From Eledone cirrhosa (lineage: Eukaryota), in contig OZ024748.1 in NCBI GenBank assembly GCA_964016885.1, positions 10,478,001-10,542,000 on the forward strand: a stretch of 64,000 nucleotides of DNA, in the 5' to 3' direction. This document shows, piece after piece, positions 1 through 9,500 of the stretch. Each line of letters begins with the position of its first letter. Within the stretch, counting starts at the first letter, position 1. A program made the translations under genes and the position numbers. Under the pieces are notes generated by a model. That model ran no database searches and was not told the DNA's origin. It saw nothing but the letters and a program-made list of their open reading frames with translations.

Positions 1-43
1 CCACCTTGCGGTGGGGGGGGGGGGGGCATATTGTTTATATGCT

Positions 44-3000
44 TCAGCATGTACCCATGGGAGGTCGGGTACCCTGTATTACTGCGTGACGCCAGAAGTC
101 ACGGTCGTGTGTCATTGACTTTGAGAGGTGTAGTTGGGTAAGGTCGGCTTTTATCACCTCATCCCAAGTCATCTTGGGTCTCCCCACTCCGCGGTTTCCA
201 TCAACTTCTAGTGCTCTGCACCTTTTTATGCAGCTGTCATCCTTCATACGCATCACATGTCCATACCAGCGTAACCGCCTCTCCTGCACGCAGCATTTGA
301 TTCCTCTTATGCTCAGTCTCTCTCTCAATTCATTTATGCTTTGTCGTTCACGTATATTACTGTTACACATCCATCGGAGCATGCAGGCTTCGTTTCTCTC
401 TAATCTACGTAAGTCTTCCACCTTCAGCGCCCAGGTCTCACTACCATGCAACATCGCTGTTCGGATACACGCATCATACAGTCTGCCTTTCATTCTGAGG
501 GAGAAGCCTTTTGCAGCTAGCAGTGGTAGTAGTTCCCTAAACTTCTTCCATCCCGTTCTTACCCTAGTTATTGTACTTTCTGAGCACCCACCTCCGTTGC
601 TAATTCGGTCACCTAGGTAGCAGAAGCTGTCTACTGTTTCTACAGGGCCCTCCCAGAGATTGGTGGTACTTGTTTCCTGTGGCTGTTTGCTTGCTGTTTC
701 AGCACAGCTGCTGCATGTGAATCCTACATTCTTAATTAAGCTTCCTGAGATCCCGCTACATCTCTTGTGTACCCATTGTTTGCATTTGGGGCAAAGAATG
801 GAGTTCCTACCTACACCTTTCCTACATACTGAGCAAGGCCATTTCCCTGAGGGGATCTGGGTTCTGTTTTCTCGTCTACTTATAAGGACCTTAGTCTTTG
901 TCATGTTGACTTTGAGGCCCTTTCTCTCTAGTCCCTGCTTCCAGGTTTGGAATTTATTCTCTAGTTCTACCATAGATTCAGCTATGAGTGCGAGGTCATC
1001 AGCATACAGGAGTTCCCATGGGCATCCGGTCTTAAACTCCTCCGTTATTGCCTGCAGGACTATGATGAACAGGAGAGGGCTAAGAACAGAGCCCTGGTGG
1101 ACCCCAACCTGTACGCTAAATTCCTCGCTATACTCATTGCCAATCCTAACTTTGCTGACTGCTCCCCTATACATGGCTTGTACCGCTTTCACAAGCCATT
1201 CATCTACTCCTAGTTTTCTAAGAGCCCACCAGATTACTGCACGTGGAACTCTGTCAAAGGCTTTCTCAAGGTCGACAAATGCCAAGTAGAGTGGCTTACT
1301 TTTAGCTAGGTACTTTTCCTGTAATTGCCTCACAAGGAAGAGCGCATCAGTGGTGCCTTTCCCTGGAACAAACCCAAATTGCATCTCGTCTATATTCACC
1401 CGGTCCCTAATCAGCTGTGCTATAACTCTTTCTGTTACTTTCATGACCTGGTCCATCAACTTTATACCTCTATAGTTTCCTCTATCTAGTGCATCGCCTT
1501 TACCTTTGTAGCAGTTGACAATGATGCTACTGCACCAATCTTTTGGTATGGCCCCCTCTAGTATTACCTGGTTAACGATACGTGTGGTTATAGTGTGACC
1601 TACAGACCCAGATGCCTTCAGCATCTCGGCAGCTATACCCGATGGACCGGTTGCCTTCCCTATCTTCATATCTCTGATTGCCTTACTTACTACGCTGCCG
1701 CTGACTTGTACTGCTGGTCCCTCTATAGGGTCTACGTGGGGTAGGGTCTCTTCTTCCCATGCATTCTCCTCATTTAGTAATCTATCATAATGACTCTTCC
1801 ATGCATCTTTCTTCTCAGCACTTGTGAGGGCAAGCTCACCTTTATCATTCCGGATACACTTCTCTCCAATGACATCACAACTATCTCTGACACACTGCCT
1901 CGCAATCTTGAATACCTCCTGTTTCTGGTCCTCACGTTGTAAAACATGCTTGAATTTTCTATCCTCTGCTTCCCTCCTAGCTAAGTATACTTGTCGCCTA
2001 GCTTCCCTCTTGGTCTCTATGTAATGTACCCTGCTCCCCCCGTTCTTCCATTCTTTCCATGCCTGTCTCTTGGCCTTGACTGCTTCATCTACCTTATTGT
2101 TCCACCACCAAGTCACTCTCCTCCTGCTTGAGGTCTTACTCCAGCCACAAACCTCATCCGTCGCCTCTAGTAAGTTATTTTTTAGGAACTCCCAGTTCTC
2201 TTCTACGTTAAATGTCTCTATCTGTTCTTCTTTACTGTCGTAGGCGTTGAGTAAAATATCTTTAAATCTGTTACTGGTTGAGGGGACTTTCAGCTTCCAG
2301 ATCTTTCTTCTCCAGGTTGGCCTCTGTTTCAGGGCTCGTCTAGTTCTGACCGTGAGGTCGCTGACAACTAAGCTATGTTGGGATGTACATTCCTCACTAG
2401 GGAAGGCTTTTGTGTTTACGACCGTCCATCTGTCACGTCCTCTGATGAGGATAAAATCTAACTGACTAGAGTGCTCCCCTGATCTATAGGTGATCAGGTG
2501 GTTGTCGGGTTTTTTAAAGTTTGTGTTACATATCGTCATGTCATTGGCGTCGCAGAATTCTAGAAGTCTGAATCCTTCCTCATTCCTTGTGCCAACTCCA
2601 TGGCCTCCATGTACTCTATTGAAGCCGTCGCAGTGTTTACCTACGTGTCCGTTAAAATCTCCTGCAATGATTAGGAAGTCCTTGTCGTCTGTTAGAGCAG
2701 TAGTGTGTATTAGGGACTCGTAAAACCTATCCTTAAGTTCGTCTGGCAGCCCCGATTGGGGTGCGTAAGCTGATATTATTGTGGTAATTGTCTTATTCAG
2801 GACTAGTCTGAGTTTAATGATTCTTGCATTTACCCTGTACACTGAGATTACTTTATCTACCCACTTGTCAGCTAATAGTATACCTACACCACCCATCCCA
2901 TCGTCATTTCCCACCCAGAAAAATTTGTAGCACTGGCTTTTTCCTACAAGGACTCTAGCAGACCCTCCTCTCCATCTAGTCTCTTGCACACAGCATACAT

Positions 3001-3163
3001 CAACTTCCTTTCGCTCTAGCATTTCTACGATTTCTCCTGCTCTTCCTTTCATTGAGCCTACATTGATGGTACCAACTCGGAGTTTTGGGCATTTGTCGAC
3101 ACTCGTAGGGGAGGGTCTCTGGGTTGGCGCTTCACGTGGGTGCTTGGTAGCTCGCAGATTCAT
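44..3163 (-). CDS. RTE LINE ORF: APE endonuclease + reverse transcriptase + inserted PHD finger (1039 aa, no stops or frameshifts)
   Basis: APE motifs GTINV, VQETRW, SAYAPQ, AGDFNGH, QLDFIL, SQHSLV; RT motifs QFGF, AFVDLEKAFD, GVHQGSVLSPLLF, LLYADD, FCYLG; RTE C-terminus RRLRWYGHVMR...GRPKMTW. Confidence 0.95.
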   Translation of the reverse strand: MNLRATKHPREAPTQRPSPTSVDKCPKLRVGTINVGSMKGRAGEIVEMLERKEVDVCCVQETRWRGGSARVLVGKSQCYKFFWVGNDDGMGGVGILLADKWVDKVISVYRVNARIIKLRLVLNKTITTIISAYAPQSGLPDELKDRFYESLIHTTALTDDKDFLIIAGDFNGHVGKHCDGFNRVHGGHGVGTRNEEGFRLLEFCDANDMTICNTNFKKPDNHLITYRSGEHSSQLDFILIRGRDRWTVVNTKAFPSEECTSQHSLVVSDLTVRTRRALKQRPTWRRKIWKLKVPSTSNRFKDILLNAYDSKEEQIETFNVEENWEFLKNNLLEATDEVCGWSKTSSRRRVTWWWNNKVDEAVKAKRQAWKEWKNGGSRVHYIETKREARRQVYLARREAEDRKFKHVLQREDQKQEVFKIARQCVRDSCDVIGEKCIRNDKGELALTSAEKKDAWKSHYDRLLNEENAWEEETLPHVDPIEGPAVQVSGSVVSKAIRDMKIGKATGPSGIAAEMLKASGSVGHTITTRIVNQVILEGAIPKDWCSSIIVNCYKGKGDALDRGNYRGIKLMDQVMKVTERVIAQLIRDRVNIDEMQFGFVPGKGTTDALFLVRQLQEKYLAKSKPLYLAFVDLEKAFDRVPRAVIWWALRKLGVDEWLVKAVQAMYRGAVSKVRIGNEYSEEFSVQVGVHQGSVLSPLLFIIVLQAITEEFKTGCPWELLYADDLALIAESMVELENKFQTWKQGLERKGLKVNMTKTKVLISRRENRTQIPSGKWPCSVCRKGVGRNSILCPKCKQWVHKRCSGISGSLIKNVGFTCSSCAETASKQPQETSTTNLWEGPVETVDSFCYLGDRISNGGGCSESTITRVRTGWKKFRELLPLLAAKGFSLRMKGRLYDACIRTAMLHGSETWALKVEDLRRLERNEACMLRWMCNSNIRERQSINELRERLSIRGIKCCVQERRLRWYGHVMRMKDDSCIKRCRALEVDGNRGVGRPKMTWDEVIKADLTQLHLSKSMTHDRDFWRHAVIQGTRPPMGTC

Positions 3164-3407
3164 ATTTCATCTATTGATTCAGAGTTGCTCGTGTATTCCC
3201 AGCTCATCCATCCCTAACGGTGGGAAAATTGAGGGCTAGAAGGACAGTGGTGGTGGGGTAATGGCAGGGTGTGTTGGGATGCGCCAGAGGAGGAGAGAGT
3301 TAGTTAGGCAGGTAGTAGCAGCAGCAGCAGTGGAAATGGCATGCTAGGTTTGATTGGTCGAATAGACTATGGTGGTGTGTGGGGGTGGGGGGGAGGGAAA
3401 TTGTGAG

Positions 3408-6114
3408 GTAGGAACTGAGGGTCGCATGGTAAATATCCAAGTTAATACTACATCAGTAAAATTAACAATAATAACGTCATGAAAAAAGCTACTAAGAGAA
3501 ACCCTCGAAAATTTATCGCTAATACAGCAGGGAAAATTTAACGCTAATACAGCAGGGAACATCATAATATTAACGACATGAAAAAGCTACTAAGAGAAAC
3601 CCTCGAAAATTTATCGCTAATACAGCAGGGAAAATTTAACGCTAATACAGCAGGGAACATCATAATATTAACGACATGAAAAAGCTACTAAGAGAAACCC
3701 TCGAAAATTTATCGCTAATACAGCAGGGAAAATTTAACGCTAATACAGCAGGGAACATCATAATATTAACGACATGAAAAAGCTACTAAGAGAAACCCTC
3801 GAAAATTTATCGCTAATACAGCAGGGAAAATTTAACGCTAATACAGCAGGGAACATCATAATATTAACGACATGAAAAAGCTACTAAGAGAAACCCTCGA
3901 AAATTTATCGCTAATACAGCAGGGAAAATTTAACGCTAATACAGCAGGGAACATCATAATATTAACGACAATATGTAGGCTAAAATACCTTCGTAGATTA
4001 GGTGGATGGCTGGCTGGGAAAATTTGAATCAGCTCAGTGGTACATTTTAGCAGAGAAGAATGGCAAAGTGTCTTATCTCTTCAATATTTTCAGATTGAAT
4101 GAATTAGGTTAAAGACAGGGTAGTAAGCCTTAAAGAAGTGCATAGAGGGGGGGGAGGGGGTAGGAACTGAGGGTCGCATGGTAAATAACTGAGAGAGATA
4201 CAATAGGATTAGAATACCGCATGGTAAATATCCAAGTTAATAAGTTAATACTACATCAGTAAAATTAACAATAATAACGTCATGAAAAAAGCTACTAAGA
4301 GAAACCCTCGAAAATTTATCGCTAATACAGCAGGGAAAATTTAACGCTAATACAGCAGGGAACATCATAATATTAACGACATGAAAAAGCTACTAAGAGA
4401 AACCCTCGAAAATTTATCGCTAATACAGCAGGGAAAATTTAACGCTAATACAGCAGGGAACATCATAATATTAACGACATGAAAAAGCTACTAAGAGAAA
4501 CCCTCGAAAATTTATCGCTAATACAGCAGGGAAAATTTAACGCTAATACAGCAGGGAACATCATAATATTAACGACAATATGTAGGCTAAAATACCTTCG
4601 TAGATTAGGTGGATGGCTGGCTGGGAAAATTTGAATCAGCTCAGTGGTACATTTTAGCAGAGAAGAATGGCAAAGTGTCTTATCTCTTCAATATTTTCAG
4701 ATTGAATGAATTAGGTTAAAGACAGGGTAGTAAGCCTTAAAGAAGTGCATAGAGGGGGGGGGGGGGGGGGTAGGAACTGAGGGTCGCATGGTAAATAACT
4801 GAGAGAGATACAATAGGATTAGAATACCGCATGGTAAATATCCAAGTTAATAAGTTAATACTACATCAGTAAAATTAACAATAATAACGTCATGAAAAAA
4901 GCTACTAAGAGAAACCCTCGAAAATTTATCGCTAATACAGCAGGGAAAATTTAACGCTAATACAGCAGGGAACATCATAATATTAACGACATGAAAAAGC
5001 TACTAAGAGAAACCCTCGAAAATTTATCGCTAATACAGCAGGGAAAATTTAACGCTAATACAGCAGGGAACATCATAATATTAACGACATGAAAAAGCTA
5101 CTAAGAGAAACCCTCGAAAATTTATCGCTAATACAGCAGGGAAAATTTAACGCTAATACAGCAGGGAACATCATAATATTAACGACATGAAAAAGCTACT
5201 AAGAGAAACCCTCGAAAATTTATCGCTAATACAGCAGGGAAAATTTAACGCTAATACAGCAGGGAACATCATAATATTAACGACATGAAAAAGCTACTAA
5301 GAGAAACCCTCGAAAATTTATCGCTAATACAGCAGGGAAAATTTAACGCTAATACAGCAGGGAACATCATAATATTAACGACAATATGTAGGCTAAAATA
5401 CCTTCGTAGATTAGGTGGATGGCTGGCTGGGAAAATTTGAATCAGCTCAGTGGTACATTTTAGCAGAGAAGAATGGCAAAGTGTCTTATCTCTTCAATAT
5501 TTTCAGATTGAATGAATTAGGTTAAAGACAGGGTAGTAAGCCTTAAAGAAGTGCATAGAGGGGGGGGAGGGGGGTAGGAACTGAGGGTCGCATGGTAAAT
5601 AACTGAGAGAGATACAATAGGATTAGAATACCGCATGGTAAATATCCAAGTTAATAAGTTAATACTACATCAGTAAAATTAACAATAATAACGTCATGAA
5701 AAAAGCTACTAAGAGAAACCCTCGAAAATTTATCGCTAATACAGCAGGGAAAATTTAACGCTAATACAGCAGGGAACATCATAATATTAACGACATGAAA
5801 AAGCTACTAAGAGAAACCCTCGAAAATTTATCGCTAATACAGCAGGGAAAATTTAACGCTAATACAGCAGGGAACATCATAATATTAACGACATGAAAAA
5901 GCTACTAAGAGAAACCCTCGAAAATTTATCGCTAATACAGCAGGGAAAATTTAACGCTAATACAGCAGGGAACATCATAATATTAACGACAATATGTAGG
6001 CTAAAATACCTTCGTAGATTAGGTGGATGGCTGGCTGGGAAAATTTGAATCAGCTCAGTGGTACATTTTAGCAGAGAAGAATGGCAAAGTGTCTTATCTC
6101 TTCAATATTTTCAG

Positions 6115-6121
<7 letters not shown>
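3408..6121. repeat. Higher-order tandem array in the LINE 5' region: 98-bp units in blocks of 5,3,5,3 separated by ~313-bp spacers
   Basis: Unit starts at 3478,3577,3675,3773,3871 | 4281,4380,4478 | 4891,4990,5088,5186,5284 | 5695,5794,5892; spacers begin caatatgtaggc; the last spacer is truncated at 6121. Confidence 0.95.
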
Positions 6122-6145
<24 letters not shown>

Positions 6146-6431
6146 CATCATTTAATGTTTGTTTTCCTTGCTAACATTTTTTAATCAAACACCATGTACA
6201 TACACACACGCAGCCCATATTAAAGATATGAAGAACATATTGTCAATAGAAATAAATATAATAATAATCCTCGTTTGTACAACTACTGTTCTTCCACAGT
6301 GGCATGAGTTAGATGAGATTTTTTTTAAGGCAGTATTTTATAGTTTTCTATTCCTTGCAATGTGAAACCCTTTAACTAGACAGCTATGCCTTTACCCTAG
6401 GTAACAACAAAATTGAAATATTATCACAAAC

Positions 6432-6538
6432 CTGGACAAATTTCTTAGCTCTGCGACAGTCTTCAAAATATGATTTATGTAGTATCCACTTCCCTGCTGC
6501 CATGCAAGCCAAGAATTTCTCATTTCTGGCAGGACACC
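6432..6538 (-). CDS. TOPBP1: TOPBP1 exon, BRCT7 ([20 protein letters not shown]...FVQ)
   Basis: AG/GTTTG, strong homology; last exon visible before the LINE. Confidence 0.93.
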
Positions 6539-9500
6539 CTAATCATTTAAAAAACAAAATTTCTTTTTAGTAAATAAACAAATATAATTTCCACTTGTGA
6601 AGAATTTCATTAATATTGATAAATCTTTTTACAGTCCATGACAGCATTGAGGGTACTTTTGAATTTTTCCCACTGACCAATCATTGTCCAGGCCCTAAAC
6701 ACCCCAGAAATCGATGGAGTTTGTTGTGAAGTACATACTATGACTAATTTTTTTGCCTTCAGTTTTAGGCGTATCATGCAACATCTGAGGCAGTGTTAAG
6801 TTTTTTTTAATAGATTTCATTACTTCTCTCGATGCTGTCACGGACTGTAAAAGAAAAAAAAATGATTTCAAATAAATTTAACCAGACTTACCAACCACAA
6901 GATGTGTGCATGATTCATGATAATTCTGACCTTCTTTAACAGTTCCACCAAGTTCTTCAATCAAAGCACCATAATCCACTCGTTCCTGACAAGAAATCAT
7001 ACACACACAATAATATAATTTTAGTTTGGCTGGTAGACCTATTACTATGTTTAGTTTAACACCACCCCTTAGTCCTTGGGTACTTTTTGTGTGGGTGGTA
7101 GACCTATTACTATGTTGAGTTTAACAACACCCCTTAGCCCTTCTGGGACACATAGATACTATCCATACAAACACTTCTACTACCAACACCACCACTACTA
7201 CTACGAGATGCTCTGGGTCATACAGATACAAAATAAACAATACCAATGTAGGTATAGCTAGTGCCCTTGAGAGGGGAAGGGCTCCGACACATTTTAAAAT
7301 GCTCAAGATATGTTGTATATCACTACAGCACTCCGTACGACTCCATCAGGAATCATGAGCTCAGACACACATACATACATAACTACAGAATAGTAAAGAA
7401 ATACTCACGGAGGGATTTATTCCGGACAACAAGAAGCATGGTGATTCTATAGTGGCACCAGCTGTGGCAGAATCTAGAGTCTCGTCATCAGATAGAAACT
7501 CTATTGGTTGAGGGGCGGCAACTGTCTCCAATTTCTTTGAGAGGGGTAAAACTGCAAAAGATAAGAAGATTTTGAAGAAAGAAGCCAATTCCATTGAGGA
7601 ACAATGTTTCAGCTTGCATATGACTTTAAACCTTAAACTTTAACTCTTTAGTATTTAAACTGGCTGTAGCCAGCCAAAATTCTCTCACCTCTTTCTGTTC
7701 GAACTGGCTGTAACCAGCTGCTCATACTTACGTTAAGGTATTGTTCTCAAAATAAATAGTATCAAAATCTCATAGATTCGATATAATGTGAGATAATTAT
7801 GTGAGGTAAAGCCTTTACCATGAAACTACAATAGTAAGTATAGAGTAATGTAAATGTTAAAGGTTAAACTATAATGGGTGCACATCCACAGTTGCTGTGT
7901 ACATCAAAATGTGGCCATATAGTAGCTTTGAAATATTGCCATGGACAATAAGATGTGGCCATATAGTAGCTTTGAAATATTGCCATGGACATACACCTGA
8001 AACCCGTCAACAAAAGTTTGAACGATGTGTTGGCAGATGCAACTGACCATGGTCATTGGAGCACTTTGCCTGCCACATGCGTTTCAAGACGCAGGAGCTT
8101 CTAAGTCTAAGAACATTGATAGCAACCATTATAGATGAGAAAAAGGAAATGACTGGAATATATAAGAGGAATTATTTACCAATAGAAGGTTGTTCTGGTG
8201 TTGATGTTCTGGAGGAGATTTTCTTCTCACCATCATTTAACTCTTCATTCTATAACAGAAAGATGGGAGGAATTAAAATCTAGTGTGGTATTAAATGGGG
8301 GAAGGTATGATAGTGTGGCTAAAATGTTCGTTTCGCAACCCTATGTTACCTGACCAATGACTTAAGTGGATACAGTAGATGGAAATATGAGAAAGTCCAT
8401 CATATGAGTATATGTATATATCTATGTACACACAGGGAGTCCCGACAGCATTCTAATAAAAGTGTGTATACATATATATTAGTCATTTAGGGACCACAAT
8501 AAAAAGCACCCAGTATACACTGTAAATGTGGTTGGTGTTAGGAAAGGCATCCAGCTGTAGAAACCAAGCCCAAAACAGTTCTGAATGAGCAAGACATGGT
8601 CATCTGATCTGACTTGTCTCACGACAGGACAACGTGTCTAACATATGCTAGATTCTGAGCAAGATGGTTGAATAACATCCATGAGCTTGGCTGGACTCAC
8701 TTAGGTATCCGGCTGTGTCAATTAGAGAAGGTTGTTTTCGACAGGACCCGCAAGAAGGTGTGTTTGAGGACTCTGCCTACACAACCCTCTCAGGAATAAG
8801 TGAGTGAAAAAGAAGAAGAACAACAACTATAACTGACCTCATTGATTGGTTGATAATTATCAGAGTCTTGTTTTGTGGTAGGGAAACCGTCAAGGGCATC
8901 TTGAGTGGGACAATATGCACGCTCCAGCTGGGCGGCAACCTTCTGCATTTCTATTCTGTGAATTGAAGGACAAGTTGTTAAATATAAGATGGAGTTGATC
9001 ACACACAAGACACTCTGTAAAGTGTTGATGATATAGTGAGTGATATCACATGTATAACATGGTAAGATTAGAGGTGGAGTAAACACACCCAGTACACTCT
9101 GTAAAGTGGTGATATAGTGTGTGATATCACATGTATAACATGGTAAGATTAGGGGTGGAGTAAACACACCCAGCACACTCTGTAAAGTGGTGATATAGTG
9201 TGTGATATCACATGTTAGTGTATAACAAGATTAGGTGCATATAGAATAAACACACTCAGTACACGATGATGATGTTATTGGATATAATGATGATAATGGT
9301 GATGATGTTGAGGATGGTGGTGATGACGAAAAAGATATAAAAAAAAGGTGGGGAATAAACATACCTTTCTGTTGGGTCATACCAGGTGACTTGGACACTC
9401 TGTGAAGATTCAGAACCAGAGGTTTTGGATGTCTGTTCTGTGGTGGTTTGACCTGAAATGGTAGATTGTAGTGTTAATAAGACAGAGTGTAGAATGAATC

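Larger units (their letters stand above)
1..6121 (-). mobile_element. Near full-length RTE-clade non-LTR retrotransposon (LINE); 3' tail lies left of the window
   Basis: Single long APE+RT ORF (44-3163), about 3 kb of repetitive 5' region ending abruptly at a (TA)n tract at 6121, and the start of the 3' UTR at 1-43 (matches 18281-18360). Confidence 0.92.

Noticed and set aside
174-2723. Plus-strand ORFs of 66-209 aa
   Set aside because: Antisense shadows of the LINE ORF with no recognisable motifs
3478-5990. CRISPR-like array beside a reverse transcriptase
   Set aside because: Units abut with no unique spacers, the long spacers are identical to each other, there are no cas genes and the context is eukaryotic; it is a tandem repeat
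6590-6850. Additional exon or transposase fragment inside the BRCT7 intron
   Set aside because: An acceptor-like site exists at ~6845 but the in-phase reading hits a stop after ~11 codons; no convincing homology
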